A DNA stretch of 48,159 nucleotides, filler included, from Dirinaria sp. TL-2023a (Eukaryota), in assembly GCA_051941275.1 (NCBI GenBank). It is 2 parts of 2 records of this genome, joined end to end, with 100 filler letters (N's around TTAATTAATTAA, not from the genome) between each part and the next. Parts side by side here need not be neighbours in the genome. Positions count along the whole stretch, not along the records: positions 24,136 to 48,159 come from JAVEBF010000194.1; 1 more part is not named here. The stretch is one strand, 5' to 3'. Below are positions 24,599 to 37,208 of this stretch, piece by piece (within the stretch, counting starts at the first letter, position 1; each line of letters begins with the position of its first letter). The position numbers and the translations under genes were made by a program. The notes beneath the pieces were generated by a model that saw only the letters and a list, made by a program, of their open reading frames with translations, made no database searches and was not told the origin of the DNA.

Positions 24599-26931
24599 TT
24601 ACTGCGACTTCTTCCCTTCCACAGGCGCCATCCTCTCAATCAACCCCGCCGCCACCTTGGCACTCTCCTGCCATCCCTGCTGATGCTTCCAGAACCTATC
24701 CTGAGGGCCCATCGTATTCAACGTACTCATTCGAGCATCCTCTTCGAGGCTCTTGCGCGTAATCTTTTCGTCCGTGGGCAAGGGTGGCAACTCTGTGACT
24801 TCGTCGCCAAAGTTTTCTTGCAGGTACCGCTTCCGCACCATAAAGCGTTCTGCGCGCTCTTTCTGCACGCCTGGAGAATCGATCTTCGAGATTGCAAGGC
24901 GTACGCCCATGCGCACAAGAAGGTATGTGTGTTCCGAGAAGAAAACTGTCAGAAGAAGCGCCCAGCCTTTGATAGTGCCTGGTGTCCCGTCTGGTCCTAG
25001 GCCGTCGTTGCTGAAGAGGTAAACGAGTGCTGCGCTAGTAATACTACCGAGCCAAGATAGGAAGCTCAGACTATCAAGCCACGGTCCAATACTGTCGGCC
25101 CGGAGCGGTGTGGGCCGTTGCATCTCGACGCAGATCTTGACGGCATCAGAGCGTAGCTCGATCCAGTTGTTGACGATGAATGACACAGGGACAAGGGGCC
25201 AGACAGCCGAGAAGAGAGCGAGGTAGCCGAATTGGATTACCATCTCTCTCAGGTCGGTGGTCACGTCGTAGACATCGAGTTCGGCTTCATTGCGTACACG
25301 AGTGAGGAATTCGGCCTCCTCAGGACTATCTTGAATGGTAGATCCTGGGGAAGCGCCACCTTTCTTCGCAGCACGCTCCGTTTTGACCTCCTGGTATTTT
25401 CGGAAACCTCGACGTTTGACGTAGGGTACGATGGTTTCCATAGCGAAGTTAATGATTTGGGCAGTGACGGTGAAATATATCACCTGTTGCCGAAGTCTCG
25501 ACGGATTGATTGCGAAGCCTGCCTGCGGCGTTGCGAGCTGTGTCTCATTCTCCGCAAAGGGTCTAGCTGTCAGGCTAAAGACATCGAGGTACGGCACTAT
25601 CAGGCTACCGAAAGGAACATAGACAAATGCAGTTAGAAAAACAGGGAGATAGGACGTGATGAAATTGAGGATGAAGACTTTTTGAGTCATCGCGGATTCG
25701 TAGCCCTCTTTGGTTTCGTAATTCTCGAAATCGTTTAACCTCGTGGCGATACCAGTAAGGAGAGCCGTCAGTGTCGGGACCAGAGCTGTGAGAAGACCTG
25801 TGGGAAGGAAAACCTATTCCAATCAATCCTACTATCCTAGCTCTAATAATACGGAGAGAGACTCACTAATACACTCTGCAGAGGGCCCTTGTACACTTCT
25901 GAGAGGAAGATTTCAATGCCGAAGCAGGTAGCTATCAGTGTTCCCAAAGCTAGACTCGCTAATATGGCGAACGGAATCTGCAAAGCCTGTCGGGCTAATC
26001 GCTTTGTTTCTGGAAAGATTCGAACGATCTCCCCAGTAACAGGATCCTTAACTTCCTTTTCGTGCTGAAAATCTTTTCTCTTCTCCGAAATGGCAGAGAC
26101 GCCCTTCACGTCCCAACGGAACCCAAGATCTACCTCTTGCCGTTTCCAATACTCTACGAAGGTAATACACCAGAGGCCGTTAAGTATGGCGTATATGGGA
26201 GAGAAATGGCCGAGCAGCACCCATGCAGCAAAGCCAAAACCCCCAAGGGGTACAAGGAAAGCGAAGTAGGACTGTGTAAAGGCAAAGTAGAAAGCAACCT
26301 GTGTCCCTGTCAATTCCGAGCATTCTTACCAAAACCTTTGTAAAGCTACCTTTTCGCCAAAGCGGTTCCTAATGTCGTCCAAATCTTCAGCCTTCAAGAA
26401 CGTCATTGTGCTCCAGTGCTTGATCCATTCCTTGTTAAACTTGTGATCGTGCAAGGGAAATATGGATTCCACATTCTTGAATGGTTCTTCCTTGGGTATG
26501 ATTCCAGCGCCGCCTTCTTCTCTCGGATTTGTGATCATCTGGTAGACTATTCGGTATCGTTCAGCTTCCGTCAATTGCTGACTGCTAAGAGAATTCTGAA
26601 CTTCTTTGTCTGGCTGAGCGGCTCGAACTCCTTGAAGCCAGTCTCTGACTCTGCGATTGCTTTAGAGGGAGTTATCAGCATAAGCAGAATATACTTACCG
26701 AGATCTGTAGACATGGTGACTTAAAACCTTGTCCGAACCTATTTTCGCAAACACCAATAGAGCGCAATTATCGCCATTGCGGACTTCAATTTGGAGACCG
26801 ACTCGGGCCAAAGCTTGTACAAGTCTTGCGAAGTCTTCCCTGGCTTCCGCTTTGCTGGTGTCTGTGAATCTGTAGGTTATTACATAGTCGACGTCAAAAT
26901 TAGCATGGAGTGGATTGATATGTTGAGCCAT
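24599..26931 (-). CDS. Anoctamin/TMEM16 (Ist2-like) Ca2+-activated scramblase/channel, ~726 aa; exons 26931-26699, 26650-26350, 26298-25867, 25813-24599
   Basis: Motifs FPLHD, IRNRFGEKVAFYFAF, EYWKRQE, DLREMVIQFGY, NNWIELRSDAVKI, RADSIGPW. Three GT-AG introns give a continuous frame of 2181 nt. Confidence 0.93.
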
Positions 26932-27338
26932 GGAGGCAGTGTGCTCCTTGGTAGTAATCGACGAGGCTTTACTATCATCAAGTGTACTCCAATGATCTCT
27001 TGCCTTGCAAAGGCAGGACAAAAGACTGCAAGTGAAAAGGCGAGAACGCTCGGAATATAATGACCAAGGATACCAAGAATCGCGACTTCATCAAAGTGCT
27101 CTAGAAACTTGGCACGCGTCCGTCAGTCTACGAAACGTCATCATGCATTTGGCGAGGAAGACCCTGCCGAAGTGCTCATATCATCAGCCCTAAAAAGGCA
27201 TCTTGGTAAGGTACCTTCAAGGCTGGTTTAGGGTTTGGCCTTAGGATGGCTACAATACCTACCTTAGATACCTGAGGCAAGATTTGGATTTAGAGCTTCT
27301 CGTCTCTCTATCCCTTAGTCTGAAATATCAGTCCTACG

Positions 27339-27902
27339 ATGCCGCGTTCCGATGAGGCTGAGTGGTGGTTCAATGCGGTCTACGAAGCTGTTCAAGAAAT
27401 TCCACATGGGCACTGTACCAGCTACGGGCATATAGCTCGTCTACTTGGCCGACGTGAGTCATCTCCTAGAACTACCTCAGACATCAATCTCTGAACTAAC
27501 AGGTGCGAAGCGGAATGTCCAAGGTATGCCAAATCTACCTAGACGCCTCCAAATCCAAAAATAAAATGGCCCAGACAGGTCGGCGTTGCATTGAAGCACC
27601 TCCCTACGTACTCTGAAGACGTGGAACCTTACTTCCATGACGGCAACGTGCCATGGCAGAGGGTTGTGAACGCCAAAGGCATTATATCGCCACGGTACGT
27701 GCGATGAATCTCAAGATGTGACAAAATCATCTTACAGGTTTATCGCAGAGGTCCTGGAGGTGCTGCCCGACAAGCTGTCGCTCTGCGTCAGGAAGGGGTC
27801 ACGGTTGAGGACGGGAGTCTTGGAGAGCTACGGATCGATTTTGCGACGTATGGGTGGTTTCCCAGCCATCTGCCAAGCGAAGGCCCGAATGGCGATGGAT
27901 AA
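27339..27902 (+). CDS. ATL1: Alkyltransferase-like protein (ATL, MGMT family), 133 aa; exons 27339-27453, 27511-27523, 27575-27694, 27749-27902
   Basis: Spliced translation MPRSDEAEWWFNAVYEAVQEIPHGHCTSYGHIARLLGRPECPRQVGVALKHLP...NVPWQRVVNAKGIISPRGPGGAARQAVALRQEGV...YGWFPS. It has the SYGHIA and RQVG motifs, and PWQRV in place of the catalytic PCHRV. Confidence 0.9.
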
Positions 27903-28563
27903 GACCATATGGATGAGGATTTGAAATGAAGTTCTGGATCAGTTCAAGTGTCATCGGTCATTATTGCGAGCTCAGGCTTGCATTGATGTAGGATGCAAGA
28001 TCGCTTATCGGCCATAGCGATCTGCATCTGCATGATGCCGGATGAGATGGCACCGCACACCATCTCGAAGTCGACATCATCAGCCACGTGGCCGTCCTAT
28101 CTACCTTTCTTCGATGTTTGGGAATACAATTTTGACGTTTAAAACGGCGGCCGAAGGAGGAACATAAGCAATTGAGCAAACACAGGCAAAGTCAGCCTGT
28201 ATACGCATTGGTGTAATTAGGAGACAAAGAATTTATGACCCAGTATCCTGGATTCCTTGTCCAGCGAAATCTATTGTGCCTGCCAAGTCGATAGGCACGT
28301 TCATGCGAAAACAGGGTGCGCGGTAGTGGAGGTAATCCGAAAGACTTGTGCTCTAGGTCATCCATTGGCACTTGAGGATGGAAAATGCAGGTAAAGACTG
28401 CAAGTCGGGAGTATCAAATGTACTCCAAACACAGATGATGCTATTATCCCAGCGCTAAGACTTGCTGCGCTGTACTGAAACGCCCATACCCAGTGCTCGA
28501 TCCTATCGCCGCCAAATACCGTCGAGCACCCAGAACTCTTAAGGCGAATGCAGCGCCCCACCA

Positions 28564-29120
28564 TTATACCCACTCGAAGTCATCCTCGTCGGCGACGTAG
28601 CCCTCCTGGTGGTCTTCTTTCTCGACCCCAACTACCTCATACTCGTTCTTGACAAGTTTCTCGGTTTCCTTAGTCTCGAACTTCTCTACAGCCTTGGCAA
28701 GCGCCATACTCAAGATCTGGCCACCCTGAGAAGGCCCCCGCGGAGCATCATAGGAGTAGAGGATATCAGCATCAGGCTCTGGTGCAGTCGAAGCGTCTTT
28801 CACGTCTTCGTCGGTAGAAGAGTCGGAAGTGAAAATGTCGGCATCGAGGTTAAGTCCATGGCGACGCTTGGAGGAGGCGCCATGGGCATCCATGCGCTCG
28901 CGGCGGGTGGCGGAGAGCAGACTACGCGTGGCAATGTAAGCAAATAGATGGTAAGACGGAGTCTGCTTGCGGCCTACACTGGAGCCGGACGTCTGCCGGG
29001 ATGGCCAGGAGTAGCGAAAGCCTCGCCCAAGGCCCACTTGTGACGGTGGTTGAGCTCACGCTTGCGGTCCTGGACGAGCTTGCAATCCTTCACTGCATCG
29101 TTGAGGCTGTGGTCAGACAT
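28564..29120 (-). CDS. Conserved fungal hypothetical protein, 166 aa; exons 29120-28978 and 28921-28564
   Basis: ATG 29120 (MSDHSLNDAVKDCK...) joined by a 56-nt GTAGGC...TAG intron to an ORF containing PDADILYSYDAPRGPSQGGQILSMALAKAVEKFETKETEKLVKNEYEV, a motif I recall from Pezizomycotina hypothetical proteins. Confidence 0.75.
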
Positions 29121-31798
29121 AATGTTTCGTCTTCTGCAACGATGAGGTCGGATAAAGAGTTAAGAGAGAAGGGTAAGTGCTTGGAATCTGTTGTCAGTGT
29201 AGAAGTGAAAGTCTTGCTCGCAGAGAAAACACAGTTGAAAGGCAGAAACGAGGAGAAGATAAGGTAACTTGGAGGATGGCACAAGACGATGCAATGAAGA
29301 TGAAGTATGATGAGACCGACACGTGGTTCGGAGGCGGGTGGCTTAAATGGATGAAGGGGTCTTTGTTGGTATCACGCGTTGAGTCACCCGGAAACAAAGA
29401 GGATGAGCAATACAGCAGGTAGCAATGAGTAGGTGCTAGGCAAGTAGGTGCTAATCAAAGTAGGGTCGGCTGTGATGGTCGAGAAAGATACCTTATGAGA
29501 CAATGGAAGCTAGGATGGTCTGGGATGCAATAGCTGATAGCTCGAGCGCTTCGAGCTTTCCCGTATTAAGAGTCATACAAAGTGGGGATGATAAGGTAAG
29601 GAAGCCACATGAACCTTGCACAGCGCTTGCTAATGCTGCCTCTCCGTATTGGCGAATAGGTAAGGTACTCTTTGCAGTCCTCGACCTCAGCGCACACGGC
29701 TTGGATGAAGCACCCATGTCGGCGACTCACATGACGAGAAGTTGTATGACCACTGATGTTGGAGAGGAGATCAACGTGTGATGAAGAACAGGTGTTCGTC
29801 TGGATGACGGAATGAATCTTCCGGAGCAGGCGCTTGGCGAGGGGCCGCCTGCATGATCGTCGAGTCTATACCCGATCAAGGTTCCACCCATCAAATTGTT
29901 GGGTGTCTAAACCTCAGCCCGGGTGGAAATTTTGTACTTGACAGTGATCATTCAAAATATGAGAACATGGACCTATGGCTAGAAGCAAAGGCTCGATTAT
30001 CGGATATTCAGTCGCTGGATCACTCTGCTATCACAGATTCATTGAGAAGAGCTCAGGCCATCGCTTATCGCCGACGTCCCACCTACCTTCACCACGTCTC
30101 ATTCCTTATCTGGACTACACGGGTCGATATCATAGGCTGTGCTTGAACGAGGTTCAAGAGTAGGCGACGACAATTTAGCACCTATTACGGACGCCGTCGT
30201 TCCAGATCAGCACCCAATTTCTGCTTGACAAACCATGCTATTGTTCGTAGGTTATGGTCCAGCCAACGAGTTGCTCTTCATGAGCTTCAGCTCACGTAAA
30301 AATCCCCGTACCAATTATTCGACGGGCCAATAATGAGACATATGTGCGATTGCAAGGACATGTCATGCTGCTCAAGTCATCCCGCAACGCCCTTTCCTAA
30401 GCTCCCTACATGTATCCAACCCCCGCGGAGTGTGTTGGGCCTAAGCTATTATTCCCATTGATAGCATATCATTTATCCCTCTGTCCTTCACCGGTAGCAG
30501 ATAGCTAGCCACCCACCGCATGAGGCATGTTTTTCCGTGCTGATGATGGATTTGACAAGAGATCTATTGCAACATGAGGAGGTAATATATATTGCCAGAC
30601 TGGTGGCCTCTCATATGAGCGATTTCGGGTGTGCAAGTTCCAGATTTTCGAGGATCGCTTACCTATTCCGAATGCGAATCTTAATGGAGCAGAGCGCAGA
30701 AGTATTAAGGTAAAGCGAATGGAAGATAGAGCGTTCCTTTCGTCGTGGCCTCCCACCAGATTATTCTTCGTGGAACGCTTGTATGTGCGTTCTCATGAAG
30801 TCTTCCATTTCTGTGTCTTCTTTGAATACCGGACGCTATGTGCCAAATTCGTGGTCGTAATGAGCATAGAAGGAGCATGCGTAAAAAATGAAGGACTCGT
30901 CAGTCACTCGACCTACTGATGCATCCCTAAACCTCAGACACCTGGTATCAGACAAGTTCCGATCTGCTGATTCCCCGCCTCTAAGGGTCCTAGCAATTTG
31001 GAAATGGACTTTTCATAAGTTCTAACACTGAGGTTTGATAGCTCCTGACTTGGTCTTGGGGAAATCTCGTCCAGCTGTAACACAAGCTTTACGCTGTGGC
31101 ATGGAATTCCTTCCAGTTGTCTGTCCATCATCATGAGGTAGGTTTGCCTGAAATATAGCGCAGGAAAAGCCTTACTTACCAGTCGTCCACTAGCCTTTGC
31201 TGTGTAGCTCGACAAGCCGAGCGAAAAAGAATTGGGCGTCTAGAAGCTCCACCAATATATCATGAAACGAATACAGAACGAGATGGATGTCAGCGCCTGA
31301 AACATCTGTGATCTCATGAAATAGGAGACGGTGTGAAGCAGATACTACATTACGAGTTTCTCTCATGCATTTAAATTCTCATTTATCGCTCCCTTTCCCC
31401 GCCGATAGATCAATAAACTCACACTGACTGAGACAGGACTTATCGAATAAAATTCAAGCCTTGCCCTGGGAGATTATGGTTTTCCGAATAAATCTATTTT
31501 TGCGTGATAAGGAGTCGCGCAGTCCTTGTGCAGTAGCTAGCTAGCACGATAGTTAGCAACACTCTTACAATTAGTGGGCAGACTGTCTTCTAGAGTCCCT
31601 TCAAAGAGTGGTAACATACCGCGAGGTATTTCTTAAGAAAGAGCAGACCCACACATGCCATCACGTGCACATTGATCATCTGGATTGAGCTGTCACTCCA
31701 AACCCAAATCCGCTCATAGTCACAACATAGCGACTACTATTCTAATAGATAGCTATTCATGCCTAGTATCACCAGAACTTTCATGAAGAGTATGAGAT

Positions 31799-31824
31799 AA
31801 AAAAAAAAAAAAAAAAAAAAAAAA
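31799..31824 (+). repeat. Poly(A) run of ~26 nt (T tract directly 3' of the tRNA-like element on the minus strand; possible Pol III terminator)
   Basis: Seen directly in the sequence. Confidence 0.8.
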
Positions 31825-31899
31825 GGAAGCCTGGGGAATCGAACCCCAGCCCAATTCGTCAAGTGCAAGGAGTCATCCGACCCACTAGCCGATATCCCC
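31825..31899 (-). pseudogene. Degenerate tRNA-like element (Ala-TGC-like) with Pol III A/B boxes
   Basis: Minus strand GGGGATATCGGCTAGTGG...CTTGCAC...CTGGGGTTCGATTCCCCAGGCTTCC: perfect T-arm/B box and an A-box-like TCGGCTAGTGG, but mismatched acceptor, D and anticodon stems. Directly followed by a T tract. Confidence 0.55.
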
Positions 31900-33709
31900 G
31901 AGAGGATAGACTAACCCGCTGTTCGACAATTAGATGCGGTTCTCGTACACCTTCGGAATGGACCGTGTTTAATCTAGACCACGGACTCAGGGTTGAAATA
32001 TGCCAGTTCAATTTTAATATATCAACATTTGAAAAAAAGCAATGGTGTTGTCAAAACTGTCAAATTCCTCCCTCAAGATATAAGGTAACTTAATTGGGTT
32101 TCATGTTACCTTACCTTACCCAAGGCTTTGTATTGCATTATTGTTCTTTGAAGTTATTCGCTCCCCTTTTGTACGGCTTTTTCACAACTTCCACTCTCCA
32201 ACCCCCCTTTTTCTTCAACATTGAAATAACGGGATCTATTACATTCCTACTTCCCCTTTCCACTCCACGCTCCACACCTCTCCCCCGCCTTCCTGATTTC
32301 TACAATGACAACGTCACAAGCTCCACTTTCGCCACTCGCAAGGGGGCCAAATATTCAAATCAAATCCATCCAACTTGTCCAGTAGATCCCATCTACCTGC
32401 CTAGAAAGAGAATCAGTCAAATGCAATTCCTTTAAAAAAGAAAACGTCTTCTCTACAAACCAGCACCTAACTCCAGCAATCCCCCCCCCCCCCGGGGGCC
32501 CCAAAAAAGGGGTGTCGGTGGATTCCCAAGCAAAAAGTAAGCATGTACAAACAAAGAAAAGATAATTCATGCATTGCATTTTCCTCTCTTCTACACCAGA
32601 TCTCTCATTTTAAATTTTGAGCTTCGCGCGGCTCTTTTAAGATGGAATTTTTTCCTTTCTTTTGAGGTTTTCAAGGTCTACCTATAGAGTGGAAAGAAGC
32701 GGCGGCGGCAGACATAGTAGGGTAATGAGTATGGCCGCTTTATTTTTTGGTGCGTAGATACTGTCTTCTTGAAACATGGTTCTGGGAAATGCGGGCAAAT
32801 ATTAAAAGTGTCAGCTCACCACACCGTGAGGATCAACAGATATGTAATTTTTGAATCTACTTACGGGGGAAAGAAGTTTGGGCCCGTTTAGGGAAATTGT
32901 ATGCCACGCATAGATGTATCGTTTAACGATTGGAATTGCCGGGGAAGGGAAGGATATCATGGATATCCAAAAACAGAACGGCCATGGTCATAGGGACTCG
33001 GCACTTGGTGAGGCTGTCAGGAGGAGTAGTCTCCAGATCTTGGATTATTATGTTTGAGTTGAGGAGAACGTAGATTTGTTCATTTGACAAATATGGCCAT
33101 GTCTCATATCCAGTATCGGACGCTCGATACCTCCTACAGTTCCAATCCTTCTCGATAGCTGGTGCGGTGCTTGTTATCGCTAGCTATACGTACTCCGATA
33201 AGAAAGAGATTACTATGTTTGATTAGGTTTCAGAGAGGTAGGAAAGGGTGAGAATGCAAGCATTGCTGCAGAGGCAGATGGCAAATGCTGTCTAGAGTGG
33301 TACGAGAAAGAAGAAGGTTTCACTGAAGCAAAGTGATATGAAGACGTGGATTGAAGTTGGTACAAAGTCAAAGAAGCTAGATACAGGACCGTGTTTCCAC
33401 CCTGCTTGTGCATGTCGCTTGCGCTCGAAACCTTATCGCGTTCGCAGTTTTGTATCGGCAGGCGGAGATGACATAGAGTGCATACCGCACATCGACATGG
33501 TGATGCAACGCTTCTTATCGCAGGCAGAGGGGCTGCTGTAAAAGACCTAACTTGTACTGGAACGCCTTGAAAAAAAAAAGTCTTCTAGAAATACACTTTG
33601 TTTGTTGGACAGCCGAATTCGATACTGGGCTTGGATGAGGTAAGATCTTTGCTTCGTACTTGCAGCCGTTGATAGCATAGGCGCGAGGCATTGCATGAGA
33701 TCTAACACG

Positions 33710-35728
33710 TTAGACGCCCACACTGTTGACGGTCACGCCGCTATTGCTCCGCAGAGTCTTCCTCACCACCGCGACGATGACGCGTGCCGGTTTCCTAGAG
33801 GTGTCGAAAGAAAGCCCATATTTTACCTGAGACAGAGTGTGTATCTGCGCCGGCTTTTGTAGCTCGTTCCTTAGGTAGTCGTTCAATTTTGCTAGGGGCC
33901 CATACAGAGCCTTTTCACCGCAGGCTGTACTTTCACAATGGTCGTACAGAGCGCTGAGGTGCGTGAACAATTTCGAGCATTCTGGGCACTTCAGAGTGTA
34001 TGGATAGTCATTCGTGCAGCTTTGGTTCTCGTAGTGCCGGGTGATGTCGGCTTCGCTCAAAAAGATCTGCTTACATACTGGACAGCGCCAAGTATTGCGA
34101 CTAGGAACTATGTAAGCGGAGCGAACCACACTGGGTGGTGCTCCAGCTCTGAGCCAGGGCTCATGTTCTTTCAAAATGTACGTGTCCGCCGTAGGGCACT
34201 GGGTAGCCAGGGAGTTGATATGTTGACTCCCAGCACCTGAGATGCATTTTTCGCCCTCAATATGTTGTAACATGGCTGACATCTTTTCGAAATCTTGACA
34301 TGCACAGGCGAAGCAGGAGACAGGATATTCGTTGAGAGTTCGAGTCTGCTGGTAGCTTGTTAGTGATGGTGAGATATCTGTAGTCTAATGATAGCTTACT
34401 TGTCCAACTCCTTTAGAGTCGTTGCTTAGAGGTCGGTGATCCTTCATGTGTGCTTGAGATGTTGCCATGTGTTCCTTCAGCTGGTCGCTGTTGGCGAAGG
34501 TAATCTGACAGAGTACACACTTGATTACTGGGTGCTTGGCCTGAGTGTGCTGGTGAACCATAAGCTAACCAGTACACAATGCTCTTGTGAAAATCTGCTT
34601 ACTGCTTGGAGATCAGTCAAAGACGAGAAATCTTGCTGACAAGCGTGGCAGTAGGTATGGATGTGCGCGATATGTTGAGTAAAATGTGCAATCAACTCAT
34701 CCCTGATCCCGAAAACCAGTCTGCAGCGCTCGCACACATGATGCTTGTCGGGTGTATCTTTTTGGTGAGACCATTTTGCGGTAGCACTCTCGAAGAGGAT
34801 CTCACAGATGTCATCATAGGTAGCTTCGTGGATGGCACTTCTCCAATGAGCTTTCAAAGCTGCCTCATCATTGTAGATATCACTACATTGTGAGCATTTG
34901 AATTGAGGATGCCGAGCCCGATTGTGCTATTTTAAGTCAGTACTTGCATGTTATTCGAGATACATCTCGTACTTGTTTAAGCTCCCATGCGGTGCCGAAA
35001 TCTTCTCTGCATGTATTGCAGTATGTGTCTTTATGCTCTTCGGACATTGCGTAGTGATCATGCAGCCTCTCTGCAGTGGGGTAGTCGTGGAAACAGAGAT
35101 AGCATATATGATGTTTCTGTGGTGTTGCTCTTACATGGAGGGTTTTCTCGGCAACAGTTTCGAAAAGAATATCGCAGAAAGAGTCGTACAGTTCTTTATG
35201 TGACGAGTCCGTCTTTAGATGTCGGATTAAACTTTCTCGATTTTGAAACTTCATGTTGCAGCTTCTGCAGCCATCTGATACAGCTTCCCCCTGCCCATTT
35301 GAGTATGATTGAGGAGTTGCTACAGTATTCCTGTTTGGACACAAACGAGCAAGATGGCCTGATTTTCCGCAGAGATGGCAACGTAAAGAAGGGCCAGTCG
35401 AAGACTGCACAGATGGTCTCTGACTTGATTCGCCTCTAGCGCTTGCTGTAAAACCACCATCTCGCTGTTTATTTACATCGCTGCGATGAAAACTACTGTA
35501 GGTGAGATGTGAATGAAGGGCTTCTTGCGACACAAAGTCTCTATCACATAATTTGCAGTAAAAATGTCCGGGTGAATTGATTAGATGGTTTCGTAAAGCC
35601 GATGCTGATTGAAATTGACGATCACAGGGAATACACACATTGGGCCCTTGTTGTACTTGCTCATGAGCTGAGTTCTACCAAGCTTGGGTCACAAGCTTGA
35701 AAGACTTACCAGAACGACGAGCAGACAT
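33710..35728 (-). CDS. Multi-C2H2 zinc-finger protein with a CCHC zinc knuckle, ~608 aa; exons 35728-35710, 35667-34973, 34926-34603, 34549-34400, 34348-33710
   Basis: Many CxxC...H...H units (CIPCDRQF..LRNHL..H, CKLCDRDF..LHSHL..H, CPVCKQIF..ITRH, CPECSKLF..LYDHCE) plus CHLCGKSGHLARLC. Four GT-AG introns give an open frame of 1827 nt. The first exon is least certain. Confidence 0.85.
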
Positions 35729-37208
35729 CTCCGAACAGACCAAGTTTCAAGCGCTGTTGAAATGATCTACTCAGGAAGACGTTTGCCTGGAAAATGATAC
35801 CTCGATGCACTCAAAGACTTAGCCTCTAATGACAGTCAATTCTTGACTTCTAGGTGATGATACAGACTTACTATGATTGTCACTTACAAGGAGGTGTCTT
35901 CTCAAGAGAGATGAAAATACGGGTGTGTCAACTGAATTCTAGATGCACGTACGATGTCGATCATTCTCAGCACGATGGCGGATGTTGAGATAGTGCTGTG
36001 CAAGAAGTTGATTTTCAAGAATGCTTGAAGCCATGAAAGAGTGTAGCAGAGAGGGAGGTAAAGACTTATTCGCGTCTGTTTATGTTCAGTCAGAGACGCG
36101 CCAAACTTCGCTTAAGAATCAGAGACATTCGATCTTTATCAGTACTAATTTTCAACACTAAGCAACATGCAGATTCTTGATCTATCAAGGCTCGTTCAAA
36201 CGCAGCATATATCATGGCGATAAATAACAATATTGAGAAATCCTTAGATAAGGACAAGCAAGGTCAATTGCTTGGGTGGCATCGTATTCTATGGTCATAA
36301 AAACTCAATGAGAGTGCGGGCTTACGATACACACTTACTGTAACTGCAGCAGATAATTAAACACTACAGCAGGAAGCTTAACGCCTCCTATATCTGCTAT
36401 CTACCATGTAGATCATCAAGCTCTACTTGTTAACGGCTTTTTCTCGAGCATTTTGAGTTGCATGTGCAGTACTTTGACCAATCAAACTTGAAATTTCAAA
36501 ACCACTGCCTGGCTTTCCTCCATTTGATTTTGGATAGACAAGAATATCGTGTTCGCTCGAATTTCCATCCGGAAATTCTATCTGGGTTCATAGCCAAAGT
36601 TTGTTGGTACAGTATTCGCATCGTGAAGCGTAATCCTCTGTGATCATAAATTAGCCAGACCTTCTTCCGCTAGAGCTATTTGCTGGACTAAAGGCGGCTA
36701 ACTATGTTAGCTTGTCTTGCCTGAGGGGCGAGCCTGCAGACGAGCTGTGACCGCTGCAGGATATTAAGCAGAAATGATTGTGTGGAATTGAAAACCTATG
36801 CTTAGTAGTCCCCCAGACCAGCCCTCACCAAGCACTTACTTGTTGCATAGCACCCTTTCTGACTAGTGGAGCATAATCCTTTTTAAGGTCATTGAATAGG
36901 ATGAATATATTCTGCGACACTTTAGCAAGGTGATCGAGACTCTGTGGACGGGCCTTGCGTCCCTATTTGAAATTGGTCGGTCAGACAGCTATCGCTAGAT
37001 ACTATGAGAACAGAGTAGAAAGATATTGGATAGCTGGACTCGACGTCTCGAACAAGGAGCAGAGGAGTCCAAATCTAGAAACATAGCATTCTTATCAATG
37101 ATCCCAAATTCATTCCTGAATCACGACCGCATCCAAGTCAATGTAGAAAATCGTCAAGGTATCCTTTTGTCGGTATCCCACTGCATTACCGAATCAATGA
37201 GGTGTGAT

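Noticed and set aside
29490..31300. Short ORFs, including 30934..31215 with a GTAAGT donor-like site
   Set aside because: The implied intron is too short (~32 nt) and neighbouring frames contain stops; no family recognised.
32090..32960. Homopolymer-rich stretch (C13-G5-C4-A6-G4 near 32481-32512) and ORF 32094..32435
   Set aside because: Looks like low-complexity or low-quality sequence with no credible coding or structural signal.
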